Assembly (NCBI GenBank): GCA_963664825.1
Contig: OY761614.1
Location: forward strand, 1,888,001-1,952,000
From: an uncultured Holophaga sp.
GTDB lineage: Bacteria > Acidobacteriota > Holophagae > Holophagales > Holophagaceae
DNA: 64,000 bases
Reading direction: 5' to 3'
The notes beneath the pieces were generated by a model. It did not search any database. It saw only the letters and a program-made list of their open reading frames with translations, and was not told the origin of the DNA. This document shows positions 9,672 through 18,848 of the stretch, one piece after another. The number at the start of each line of letters is the position of its first letter. Position 1 is the first letter of the stretch. The position numbers and the translations under genes were made by a program.

Positions 9672-10643
9672 GTGTTTACTGTTCTGCTCCAATCCGCACC
9701 TCTTTGGGCTTGGCTGGGCTTTCATGCCCTGGTCTTCGTGATGCTGGCGCTGGATCTGGGGGTCTTCAATCGGCGCGTCCATGCCCCGAGTTTTCGCGAG
9801 GCGGCCGTCTGGAGTGCCGTGTGGATCACCCTCGCCTTAGTCTTCAACGGCATCATCTTCCACTGGATGGGTCCCCTCAAGGGCACGGAATGGCTCACGG
9901 GCTATGTGCTGGAGAAGAGCCTGAGTGTGGACAATCTCTTCGTGTTCGTCATGCTCTTCGCAGCCTTCGGCGTGGAGATGAAGAACCAGCACCGCATCCT
10001 CTACTGGGGCATCCTGGGGGCGCTCATCATGCGGGCCGCTATGATCCTGATGGGCACGGCCCTGCTGAACCGCTTCGAATGGATGATGTACGTCTTCGGC
10101 GCCTTCCTGGTCTATACCGGCATCAAGATGTTCTTCGTGGAGGAAGCGGAGTCCGACCCCACCAAGAATGGCATCGTGCGGGCCTTCCGGAAGTTCGTGC
10201 CCTTCGATCCCGAGGGCGGACATCAGCATCTCTTCACGTTGAAGCACCACCGGATGTACGCCACACCCATGCTGCTGGTGCTGATCTCCATCGAAGTCTC
10301 GGATCTCATCTTCGCCGTCGATAGCATTCCGGCGGTGCTGGCCATCACCCGGGATCCCTTCGTGGTCTACACCTCGAACATCTTCGCCATCTTGGGCCTG
10401 CGCAGCCTCTACTTCCTCTTGGCCAAGATGATGGATCGCTTCCATCGCCTGAAGGTGGGGCTGGCCGTCATCCTCACCTTCGTGGGCATCAAGATGTGCG
10501 CGGCGCACTGGCTCAAAGTCTGGATGGGCGTTTCGGACCAGGGGCTGATCCTGGTCAGCCTCCTGTTCATCACCGCCGCCCTGGCCGGCAGCATCGTCGC
10601 CAGCCTGGCCTGGCCCGCGGAACACCCCGGGGACAAGTCGTGA
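9672..10643 (+). CDS. TerC/Alx family membrane protein
   Basis: EKSLSVDNLFVF, DLIFAVDSIPAV, TSNIFAILGLRSLYF. Confidence 0.95.
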   Translation: MFTVLLQSAPLWAWLGFHALVFVMLALDLGVFNRRVHAPSFREAAVWSAVWITLALVFNGIIFHWMGPLKGTEWLTGYVLEKSLSVDNLFVFVMLFAAFGVEMKNQHRILYWGILGALIMRAAMILMGTALLNRFEWMMYVFGAFLVYTGIKMFFVEEAESDPTKNGIVRAFRKFVPFDPEGGHQHLFTLKHHRMYATPMLLVLISIEVSDLIFAVDSIPAVLAITRDPFVVYTSNIFAILGLRSLYFLLAKMMDRFHRLKVGLAVILTFVGIKMCAAHWLKVWMGVSDQGLILVSLLFITAALAGSIVASLAWPAEHPGDKS

Positions 10644-11578
10644 AGGTCTGGCGCCATGGCCTGGAAGAGGCCCCCCTCCATTCGGGTCCCACCGTCCTCA
10701 CATTGGGTAATTTCGATGGCCTCCATACGGGCCATCGGGAACTCCTCTCCCTGGCCGTGCGCCGCGCCAAGGAGCGGGGCATCACGGCCACCGTGGTCAC
10801 CTTCGATCCCCACCCGACGGTGGTGGTGGCGCCGGAGCGGAGACCCAAGCAACTCACGACTCTGACCCAGCGCCTGGCGGCCTTCGAGGCCGTGGGTTTG
10901 GATCTCGCCTGGGTGATCCCCTTCAGTCGGGCCTTTTCCCAACAGAGCGCTCAGAGTTTCCTGACGTCCCTGGACCGGGTGTTGGAACCCGTGGAACTCC
11001 ATGTGGGGCGCGCCTTTCGTTTCGGGCGGGACCGGCTGGGGGATCTCCTGGCCCTGGAGGAATGGGGTCTGGAGGCCGGCGTCAAGGTCATGCCCCACGC
11101 CTTCAAGGCCTACGACGAGGGGTGGCTCTCCAGCACCCGGGTCCGGGAGGCCCTCGAATGGGGCGATGTGGACGAGGCTCTCCGCCTTCTGGGTCGGCCG
11201 TACGCCATCACGGGGGTGGTGGTGGAGGGCGATCGCCGGGGCCGCCATCTGGGCTTTCCCACGGCCAATCTCCAATGGGAGCAGGAACAGCTGCCCGGCT
11301 TCGGCGTCTATGTGACCGAGGTGCGAGGCCCCCGGCTGGTCCATCCCCGCCTGGGCCTTACCAACGTGGGCCAGAAACCCACCTTCCAGGGACAGAACCT
11401 CAGCATCGAGACCTTCCTGCCGGATTTCGATGGCGATCTCTATGGCGCCAGGCTAGAACTGGCCTTCCTTCATCGCATCCGAGGGGAAGAGCGCTTCGAG
11501 GGCGTGGAGGCCCTGCGCGAGCGCATCGCCCGGGACGTGGAAACGGGGAGGACGTGGTGGAGGGAACGCCGGGGATGA
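10640..11578 (+). CDS. ribF: Bifunctional riboflavin kinase/FAD synthetase
   Basis: LGNFDGLHTGH, TFDPHP, SSTRVR, GR.LGFPTAN; GTGA overlap with terC. Confidence 0.96.
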   Translation: MKVWRHGLEEAPLHSGPTVLTLGNFDGLHTGHRELLSLAVRRAKERGITATVVTFDPHPTVVVAPERRPKQLTTLTQRLAAFEAVGLDLAWVIPFSRAFSQQSAQSFLTSLDRVLEPVELHVGRAFRFGRDRLGDLLALEEWGLEAGVKVMPHAFKAYDEGWLSSTRVREALEWGDVDEALRLLGRPYAITGVVVEGDRRGRHLGFPTANLQWEQEQLPGFGVYVTEVRGPRLVHPRLGLTNVGQKPTFQGQNLSIETFLPDFDGDLYGARLELAFLHRIRGEERFEGVEALRERIARDVETGRTWWRERRG

Positions 11579-11681
11579 CCCAGCGGGTCTTCTTCGCCGC
11601 CCTGCGGCTCAGGGCTGAATCCACCGGCGCCCGTGGCGCGGCCAGGCCCGCCTCCGGCCCTGAGGCTCCGTTGTGACGACG

Positions 11682-12209
11682 ATGCGTTTGTTCTTCGCCC
11701 TGGACCCGTCTCGAACGCTGAAGGAAGGGCTGATCGCCTTCCAGGCCTCCCATCCGGCCCTGCCCTGGACCGACCCCTGGAGGCTGCATCTCACCCTGGC
11801 CTTCCTGGGGGAGCTTCCAGAAGAGAGGCTTCCGTCCCTAAGGGAGATCGGGACCCGGGTCGCGGAATGCTGCGCGCCCCTCACGCTCCGCACGGCGGAG
11901 TTGGGGGGCTTTCAGCGTCCTTCCAGGGCCCGAGTCCTGTGGCTCGGAGTGGAGAAAAATCCCGCACTGGAATCCCTGGCGGCGGGGCTCCGAGAGGCGC
12001 TTCAGCGGGAGGGCCTCCCGCTGGATGGGAAACCCTTCGCGGCCCATCTGACCGTGGCCCGTTTCCGGGTCCCGACGGATATCGCGTTCTTGGAGCCTGC
12101 GCCGGAACCCCTTGTCTTCCAGGTTCCGGAACTGGTCCTCCTCCGCAGCCATCTGGGGCCCCAAGGGTCTCGCTACGAGAGGATTTGCGCCTTTCCCTTC
12201 CAGGGATGA
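11682..12209 (+). CDS. thpR: RNA 2',3'-cyclic phosphodiesterase (2H family)
   Basis: MRLFFAL, HLTLAFLG, F.AHLTVAR. Confidence 0.92.
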   Translation: MRLFFALDPSRTLKEGLIAFQASHPALPWTDPWRLHLTLAFLGELPEERLPSLREIGTRVAECCAPLTLRTAELGGFQRPSRARVLWLGVEKNPALESLAAGLREALQREGLPLDGKPFAAHLTVARFRVPTDIAFLEPAPEPLVFQVPELVLLRSHLGPQGSRYERICAFPFQG

Positions 12210-12244
12210 GGCGCGATCCTTTTCTAGGAGGCTATCTCCCGCGG

Positions 12245-12922
12245 TCAGATGCTGGCCAGCACCTTCTCGAAGGAAGGGTCGGCGCGGTCCTTGAAGAGGG
12301 CCTTGTATTCGGCATAGTCATGCCACGCCTGATCCCGGTCCCCCTTCAGGCGGTGGAGTTCCAACAGGGTGGTCCAGTAGAGGGGGGCCCAGGGCGTATC
12401 GGGCTTGGCGGCATGGCGCAGGGGCTGGAGGGTCGAGGCCACGGCGTCGGCCTGGCCTAGGGCGAGCTGCCGCTGGGCCGTGCGCAGCCGGGCCCAGGGG
12501 TCCGTACCCTCAGGCGCCTGGGGAGCCTTGCCGTCCAGTTGGAGGCGCCAGGAGGCCAGGAGACCCTGGGTGGTGGCCGTGGCTGCGCTCGGGGCGCGCT
12601 TGGCCAGGGCCTCGAGTTGAGGCAGGTGGGCCCGCATGCGCTGCTCCAGCTCAGCGGGGGGCACGGGGCTCAGGCCATCCCCTTGCACTTCCGTGAGGAG
12701 TTCGGCCACGGCCACCTCGTGCTTCTCGAGCACATTGGCGCGCCAGGCCAGGAAGCCGAAGGTGCCCAGCACCAGGACGGCCACGATGCCCGCCCCGATG
12801 AGCAGGGGCTTGAGGAGGGTGATCTGGGAGTCCTCGCCCCGGGCCAGCTTCTGCTGAAAGGCTTGCAGGCTCTGGGCCGGCTTCTGGACCTGGATTTCCT
12901 TGCTCTTGGGATTGGTGGCCAT
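12245..12922 (-). CDS. Single-pass membrane protein with helical/TPR-like domain (YfgM-like)
   Basis: N-terminal TM LLIGAGIVAVLVLGTFGFLAW followed by Ala/Leu-rich helices; family assignment tentative. Confidence 0.6.
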   Translation of the reverse strand: MATNPKSKEIQVQKPAQSLQAFQQKLARGEDSQITLLKPLLIGAGIVAVLVLGTFGFLAWRANVLEKHEVAVAELLTEVQGDGLSPVPPAELEQRMRAHLPQLEALAKRAPSAATATTQGLLASWRLQLDGKAPQAPEGTDPWARLRTAQRQLALGQADAVASTLQPLRHAAKPDTPWAPLYWTTLLELHRLKGDRDQAWHDYAEYKALFKDRADPSFEKVLASI

Positions 12923-12972
12923 TCCGTATGCTCCGAAGCTCCCAGGATGCCCCAGCACCCCTTCCATCGCAC

Positions 12973-13000
12973 TTGAAAAAGCGCCCATCCCTGATAACCT
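12973..13000 (+). promoter_or_regulatory. Sigma70-type promoter of tRNA-Phe
   Basis: TTGAAA-16 nt-TAACCT with extended TG, 10 nt before the tRNA. Confidence 0.6.
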
Positions 13001-13010
13001 GACTGTTCCC

Positions 13011-13086
13011 GCCTGGGTAGCTCAGTTGGTAGAGCAATGGACTGAAAATCCATGTGTCGACGGTTCGATTCCGCCTCCAGGCACCA
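13011..13086 (+). tRNA. tRNA-Phe(GAA)
   Basis: GCCTGGG/TCCAGGC acceptor stem, TAGCTCAGTTGGTAGAGC D arm, ATGGA-CTGAAAA-TCCAT anticodon arm, GGTTCGATTCC, encoded CCA. Confidence 0.98.
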
Positions 13087-13124
13087 AAACGAATGTGGCC
13101 CCTCCGCGGGGCCACATTCGTTTT
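13087..13124. terminator. Intrinsic terminator after tRNA-Phe
   Basis: AAACGAATGTGGCCCC..GGGGCCACATTCGTTTT long stem with A/T tails. Confidence 0.85.
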
Positions 13125-13348
13125 GGGGAGGCAGAATCGAATCACAGGACCCTGGACTCGGGCCCTGACGGAGGAGGACCGACGACGGAAGCGGGTCCTA
13201 GGGGCCGTGCGGCCGAGCCAGCTGCGAGAGCCGCGCCAGCGAGGGATTCCGCCAGCCACCCAGATATTGAATCTCGCTGGCTTGTCCGCGTCCTCCGATC
13301 GAAGGCCCCGGGGGTGGGTTCAGGGCGGCAACCTCGGCGCCCAGAATG

Positions 13349-13386
13349 TTTCTAGAAAAAAAGTTCTAGAACTATTTTTCTAGAAA
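13349..13386. promoter_or_regulatory. Probable operator of the BlaI-family repressor
   Basis: 38-bp palindrome with 1 mismatched pair; three TCTAGA boxes at 14-bp spacing, 32 nt upstream of the repressor ATG. Confidence 0.7.
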
Positions 13387-13418
13387 GCTCATTCTACTTC
13401 TGACGATACGGAGCGAGC

Positions 13419-13796
13419 ATGCCGAAGCTGCCGAAACCTACCCCTGCTGAACTGGATCTCCTGCGCGTCCTCTGGCGCCTGGGGCCGTCTACGGTGAAGG
13501 AAGTCCACCTCGAGGCCGCGAAGGCACGCGAGATCGCCTATGCCAATGTCTTGCGCCAGCTCCAGATCATGCATGACAAGGGGCTGGTGTCCCGGAACGA
13601 AAGCCAGCGTTCGCATGTGTATGCCCCGGTCCAGGCCAAGGAGGTGACTCGCAAGGGGTTGCTGACGGACTTCATCCGGATGGCCTTCTCAGGGTCCGGG
13701 AAGGAACTGGTGATGGCGGCCCTGCAGGGCGGCCACATCACTCCGGAAGAGCGCTCTGAAATCGAAGCCTTCCTGCGGGGGGAGGCCGAGCGATGA
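13419..13796 (+). CDS. BlaI/MecI/CopY family repressor
   Basis: PTPAELDLLRVLW..GPSTVKEV, LQIMHDKGLV.R, HVY.P. Confidence 0.95.
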   Translation: MPKLPKPTPAELDLLRVLWRLGPSTVKEVHLEAAKAREIAYANVLRQLQIMHDKGLVSRNESQRSHVYAPVQAKEVTRKGLLTDFIRMAFSGSGKELVMAALQGGHITPEERSEIEAFLRGEAER

Positions 13797-15538
13797 CGGC
13801 GGGAAGCTCTCCCCTGATTCCGGCGCTGGGGCTTTCCCTCCTGCACTTCCTCTGGCAGGGCTGCCTGGTCTGGGGGCTCACGGCGTTTGCGCTCTGGCTG
13901 GCGCGCCATGCCGGGCCGCGGGTCCGCTATGTCATCGGCATCCTGGGCCTGCTCGTCTGTGCGGCGATGCCCGTTCTTGGGCTGATCGGGCGATTGGAAT
14001 CCCATGCCAAGCCCTCGGACATCCCACCCATTGTCAGGACCCTCGATATCTCAGAACAGAAGGCCATCCAGGCGCCTCGGGTCGTGCGGTTCCAACCCCT
14101 TTCCATGGGCCTGGAAGACAGGCTGCTCAGGCATATGGATCTCGTGGTCCTGGCCTGGCTGGTCGGCATCGGGCTGCTCTCGCTGCGCATCCTTTCCGGT
14201 CTCTTATGGGTACGTCGTCGGCGCCGCGAGAGCGGGGAACCCGTGCCCAGCGTCTGGCAGCGGCGGATGCTGGAACTCGCCGCGCGCATGGGTGTGACCC
14301 GCGCCCTGTGCCTGAGGGTCAGTGCCTCCATCGATACACCCATGGTCCTGGGCTGGTGGAGGCCGGTGATCCTGTTCCCCCTGGGGGCCCTCACGGGGAT
14401 GGACGCTTCGCTCCTGGAGGCGCTCCTGGCCCATGAACTGGCCCATGTCAAACGGCTGGACTATCTCGTGAACCTCCTCCAGCGGGGGTTGGAGACCACC
14501 CTTTTCTACCACCCTGCCGTCTGGTGGATTTCCCGCCAGGTCCGCCAGGAACGGGAATTGATTTGCGATGAATGTGCGGCCAGAACCCTCGGCGAACCGC
14601 GGCGCCTGGTCCTGGCCCTCCAGGAGTTGGACCGGTTCCAGCTCTCCACCCCTCATCTGGCCCAAGCGGCCCACGGAGGCAATCTCATGCGCCGAATCCG
14701 AAATCTCATCCAGCCCGATACTCAGCCCTTCTCCTGGAACGGGCTCCTCCCCATAACCGGTATCGCCATCCTCGCCCTGGCGGGCTCTGTGCTCGCAGCC
14801 CATTCCAAGGACACGAAGGCGCCGGTGGCCCACGCGTCTGAAAAAGAGAATGTCCTGAAGGGACCCATCCAGCAGTTTGCCTTCGGCAAGAAGGATGAAA
14901 AGGGGGTCTCAGGGCATTGGAATACGCGCCATACCAAGGAAATCGAGGCTCTCCAGGCCAAACTCGGTTCGGATGTCCTCTGGTTCAGGGAGAAGGGCGT
15001 CTCCTATGTCATCACCGATCCCAGCAGCGTGGCCCGGGCCCGGGAAATCCACCACCCCGTCGATGAGCTCGGGGGCGAAATGGGGCGCCTCGGCGGGAAG
15101 ATGGGTGATGCCGGAGGCAGGATGGGTGATCTGGGCGGCCAGATGGGAACCCTGGGCGGAAGGCTCGGGGAGATCGGGGGCCGTATGGGGACCGTGGGCG
15201 GGAAGATGGGCACGGTGCAAGGGCGTCTCCATGCCCCGGGGCTGAGCGATTCCGAAAGGCAGGGCCTCGAGACGGAGCTGCAGGCCCTCAAGGGCGAGAT
15301 GCAATCCCTCAAGGAAGAGATGGCCAAGGCCCAGGCGGAGATGAAGCCCCAGATGGAGGCCCTCAAAACCCAGATGAAGGAGCAGAAGGAGCCGATGAAG
15401 GCACTTTCCAGTGAGATGCGCGCCCTGGGTCAGAAGATGAAGGAGGCCAGCAGGCAGGCCAATGACCAGATCGTCCAACTGATCCAGGAGGCCCGCAAGG
15501 CCGGCAAGGCCTCCAGAGCCGTCGATCAGCTGAAGTAG
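13793..15538 (+). CDS. M56 family (BlaR1-like) metallopeptidase/sensor with Gly-rich heptads and coiled-coil C-terminus
   Basis: LLHFLWQG, LAHELAHVKRLD, FYHPAVWW, ERELICD; ATGA overlap with the repressor gene. Confidence 0.93.
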   Translation: MTAGSSPLIPALGLSLLHFLWQGCLVWGLTAFALWLARHAGPRVRYVIGILGLLVCAAMPVLGLIGRLESHAKPSDIPPIVRTLDISEQKAIQAPRVVRFQPLSMGLEDRLLRHMDLVVLAWLVGIGLLSLRILSGLLWVRRRRRESGEPVPSVWQRRMLELAARMGVTRALCLRVSASIDTPMVLGWWRPVILFPLGALTGMDASLLEALLAHELAHVKRLDYLVNLLQRGLETTLFYHPAVWWISRQVRQERELICDECAARTLGEPRRLVLALQELDRFQLSTPHLAQAAHGGNLMRRIRNLIQPDTQPFSWNGLLPITGIAILALAGSVLAAHSKDTKAPVAHASEKENVLKGPIQQFAFGKKDEKGVSGHWNTRHTKEIEALQAKLGSDVLWFREKGVSYVITDPSSVARAREIHHPVDELGGEMGRLGGKMGDAGGRMGDLGGQMGTLGGRLGEIGGRMGTVGGKMGTVQGRLHAPGLSDSERQGLETELQALKGEMQSLKEEMAKAQAEMKPQMEALKTQMKEQKEPMKALSSEMRALGQKMKEASRQANDQIVQLIQEARKAGKASRAVDQLK

Positions 15539-15596
15539 CTTCGGGCTTGAGCCAGGGGCCCCTCGAATGGGGTATGTTTCTTAGGGAGATCCTTCC

Positions 15597-18500
15597 ATGC
15601 GTGCATTCGTTCCTTCCGCGCTGTTCTGTGTGCTGGCTTCGGGGGCCCTGGTGGCCCAGAAGACGCCCCTCTGGATTCGGCATCCGGCCATCTCTCCCGA
15701 CGGGAAGTCGATCGTCTTCTGCTACCAGGGGGACTTGTATTCGGTGCCGACTCAAGGGGGCACGGCCAAGCCCCTCACGGTGGATGGCTCCCACCACTCC
15801 AACCCGGTCTGGAGTCATGACGGCAAGCACCTCGCCTTTGCCTCGGATCGGGCGGGCAATCTGGACGTCTACGTCATGCCGGCTCAAGGGGGGGAAACCC
15901 GCCGCCTCACCTTCCATTCGGCCAACGATGTGCCCCTTAGCTTTTCGCCCGATGACCGGGAGATCCTCTTCCTCTCCAACCGCCAGCAGGCCAGCAGCAG
16001 CCGCCAGTTCCCCTCGGGCGGCCTCTCCCAGACCTACCGGGTGAGCGTGGAGGGAGGCGAAGCGCGGCTGCTTAGCACCCACGCCATGGAGGCCGCCGTC
16101 TTCGATCCCAGCGGCAAGACCCTCCTCTATCAGGACCTGAAGGGCTACGAAGACCCTTGGCGCAAGCACCACACGTCGGCCGTGGCCCGAGATATCTGGC
16201 AGTTCGAGCTGGCCTCTGGAACGTATACCCAGCTCACCGATTTCGCCGGAGAAGATCGCAACCCCGTCTTCGGTTCGGAGGGCGGCAGCTATTTCTACCT
16301 GAACGAACAGAGCGGCAGCTTCAACGTGGTGCGCGGCAGCCTGAAGGGCGGCGAGGCTCCCGCCCTCCTCACCCATTTCACGCGCCATCCCGTGCGCTTT
16401 CTCAGCGCGGCCCGGGACAATACCCTCTGCTTCACCTATGACGGCGAGCTCTACACTCAGCGGCCGGGAGGCCAGCCCGTGAAGGTGGGCGTTTCCCTAT
16501 CGGTGGATGGCCGTTCGACCCAGGAGCGCATCCTGCCGGTGAATGGGGGCATCTCCGAGATGGCCCTCTCGCCCAATGGCAAAGAGGTGGCCTACATCGT
16601 GCGAGGGGAGGTCTTCGTCAGTTCCGTGGACGGGAAGGTGACGCGGCGCATCACCAGCACGGCTGGTCAGGAGCGCTCGGTGGGCTTCAGCCCCGATGGC
16701 CGCACGCTGGTCTATGCTGCCGAGCGGGGGAAGAGCTGGGACATCTACACCTGCAAGCTGGTGCGCAAGGAGGAGCCCTATTTCTACGCCTCCACCCTGC
16801 TGGAGGAGAAGCCCCTGGTCGCCACCGAGGCCGACGAGTTCCAGCCCCTCTTCAGCCCGGACGGCAAGGAGGTGGCTTTCCTCGAGGAGCGGACAGGCCT
16901 GAAGGTGCTGAACCTGGAGAGCCGCAAGACCCGGACCATCCTGCAGGCCGGTCGGAACTACTCCTACGCCGATGGCGACCAATCCTTCACCTGGTCGCCG
17001 GATAGCAAGTGGCTGCTGCTCTCCATCAACACGGGCCTGGGCTGGCTCCGCGACGTGGCGCTGATGTCGGCGGAGGGTGATGGCGTCGTGCACAACCTGA
17101 GCCGCAGCGGTTTTGCCGATGACGAGCCGCGCTTTTCGCCCGATGGGACCATGGTCTATTGGACGACGGACCGGGAAGGCTACCGCAACCTGGGGCAGAA
17201 AGGCACCACCAGCGACATCTACGGCGTGTTCCTCACGAAGGCGGCCTGGGACCGATTCCAGCTCTCCAAGGAGGACTTCGCCCTGGTGAAGGAGCAGGAA
17301 GACAAGGACACGGAGGCCAAGGCCAAGGCCGACAAGGATGCCAAGAAGGAGGCCAAGCCCCAGCTCGAGCTTGTGAAAATCGACTGGGAAGGGCTGGAGG
17401 ACCGACGGGCTCGCTTGACTACCCACACGACGACCCTGGGCGATGCGGTGGTCAATAAGGCCGGTGACGCCCTGTACTACCTGGCCCGTTTCGAGAAGGG
17501 CTTCGATCTCTGGTCCACCGATCTGCGCACCCACGAGAACAAGCTGGTGGCCAAGCTGGGCGCCAACCGAGTCGGCATGGAGGCCTCTCGGGATGGCAAG
17601 TTCCTGCTGATCCAGGCCGATGGCAAGCTGGTGAAGATCGAAGCGGAATCCGGCAAGCGCGAGGACCTGGTCGTGGCTGGCGAGCTCGTCAACGACCCGC
17701 GGGCCGAGCGGGCCTACATCTTCGAGCATGCCTGGCGCCAGGTGGTGAAAAAATTCTACGTGGTGGACCTGCAGGGCGTGGATTGGCCGTTCTACCACGA
17801 CGCCTACCAGAAGTTCCTGCCCCACGTGGCCAATAACGTGGACTTCCAGGATCTGCTCAGCGAGATGCTGGGAGAGCTGAACGCCTCCCACACGGGCGCC
17901 CGCTTCCGGGCCGCCCAGCCCAATACGGACGCCACGGCGGGCCTCGGCCTATGCCTGGCGCCCACCGAGGGCAAGGGGCTGCGCATCGCGGATGTGCTCA
18001 AGGATGGACCGCTGGATCTCGCGGGCTCCAAGGTGAGGCCGGGCCATCGGCTGATGGCCATCGATGGGGTGGAACTGGGGGCGGGGCAGGACCATAACGC
18101 CCTGCTCAACCGCAAGGCTGGGCAGCGTGCCCTGCTGGCCTTTGCCGATGACAAGACCGGCCAGCGCTGGGAAGAGGTGGTCAAGCCCATCAGCCTGGAC
18201 CGTGAGAACGAGTTGTTCTACAGGCGTTGGGTGGAGCAGAACCGCCGGGAGGTCGAACAGCGGTCCAAGGGGCGGCTGGGTTATGTGCACGTGCGCTCCA
18301 TGAGCGACCCCAGCATGCGCACGGTGATGGATGAGGCGCTGGGCCGCTACCCCAATGCCGAGGCCATTGTGGTGGACACCCGCTTCAATGGCGGCGGCAA
18401 CATCCACGAGCAGCTCTCGGATTTCCTGAGCGGCAAGAAATACTTCGATGTCATTCCCCACGGTCAGGCCTACGGCCGAGACCCCCTGATGAAGTGGACC

Positions 18501-18830
18501 AAGCCCTCCATCGTGCTCGTCAACGAGGGCTGCTATTCGGACGCCCACCTCTTCCCGGTGGCCTACCGCCTCAAGGGCCTGGGCAAGATCCTGGGCATGC
18601 CCGTGCCGGGCACCGGCACCTTCGTCTGGTGGGAGACCCAGATCGACCCCACCCTGGTCTTCGGCATCCCCCAGGGAGGCTGGCGCACGCCCGATGGCAA
18701 GTTCTGCGAGAACAACCAGCTGGAGCCCGATATCCGGGTGCCCAATAGCCCCGCGCTCCTCGCCAAGGGCCGTGACCAGCAATTGGAAAAAGCTGTGGAT
18801 ACGCTGCTAGAAGGCCTCGCGAGGCACTGA
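15597..18830 (+). CDS. Tricorn-like S41 protease (beta-propellers, PDZ, S41 domain), exported
   Basis: Signal peptide, many SPDG/WSPD PD40 repeats, GELNASH, DTRFNGGG, YSDAH.FP, LEPDI. Confidence 0.93.
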   Translation: MRAFVPSALFCVLASGALVAQKTPLWIRHPAISPDGKSIVFCYQGDLYSVPTQGGTAKPLTVDGSHHSNPVWSHDGKHLAFASDRAGNLDVYVMPAQGGETRRLTFHSANDVPLSFSPDDREILFLSNRQQASSSRQFPSGGLSQTYRVSVEGGEARLLSTHAMEAAVFDPSGKTLLYQDLKGYEDPWRKHHTSAVARDIWQFELASGTYTQLTDFAGEDRNPVFGSEGGSYFYLNEQSGSFNVVRGSLKGGEAPALLTHFTRHPVRFLSAARDNTLCFTYDGELYTQRPGGQPVKVGVSLSVDGRSTQERILPVNGGISEMALSPNGKEVAYIVRGEVFVSSVDGKVTRRITSTAGQERSVGFSPDGRTLVYAAERGKSWDIYTCKLVRKEEPYFYASTLLEEKPLVATEADEFQPLFSPDGKEVAFLEERTGLKVLNLESRKTRTILQAGRNYSYADGDQSFTWSPDSKWLLLSINTGLGWLRDVALMSAEGDGVVHNLSRSGFADDEPRFSPDGTMVYWTTDREGYRNLGQKGTTSDIYGVFLTKAAWDRFQLSKEDFALVKEQEDKDTEAKAKADKDAKKEAKPQLELVKIDWEGLEDRRARLTTHTTTLGDAVVNKAGDALYYLARFEKGFDLWSTDLRTHENKLVAKLGANRVGMEASRDGKFLLIQADGKLVKIEAESGKREDLVVAGELVNDPRAERAYIFEHAWRQVVKKFYVVDLQGVDWPFYHDAYQKFLPHVANNVDFQDLLSEMLGELNASHTGARFRAAQPNTDATAGLGLCLAPTEGKGLRIADVLKDGPLDLAGSKVRPGHRLMAIDGVELGAGQDHNALLNRKAGQRALLAFADDKTGQRWEEVVKPISLDRENELFYRRWVEQNRREVEQRSKGRLGYVHVRSMSDPSMRTVMDEALGRYPNAEAIVVDTRFNGGGNIHEQLSDFLSGKKYFDVIPHGQAYGRDPLMKWTKPSIVLVNEGCYSDAHLFPVAYRLKGLGKILGMPVPGTGTFVWWETQIDPTLVFGIPQGGWRTPDGKFCENNQLEPDIRVPNSPALLAKGRDQQLEKAVDTLLEGLARH

Positions 18831-18848
18831 TACGAGTTGCATTTAAAA

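Noticed and set aside
13140..13290. GGA-rich structured stretch as a CsrA-sponge sRNA
   Set aside because: GGA density is unconvincing at this GC content and no promoter/terminator pair could be defined
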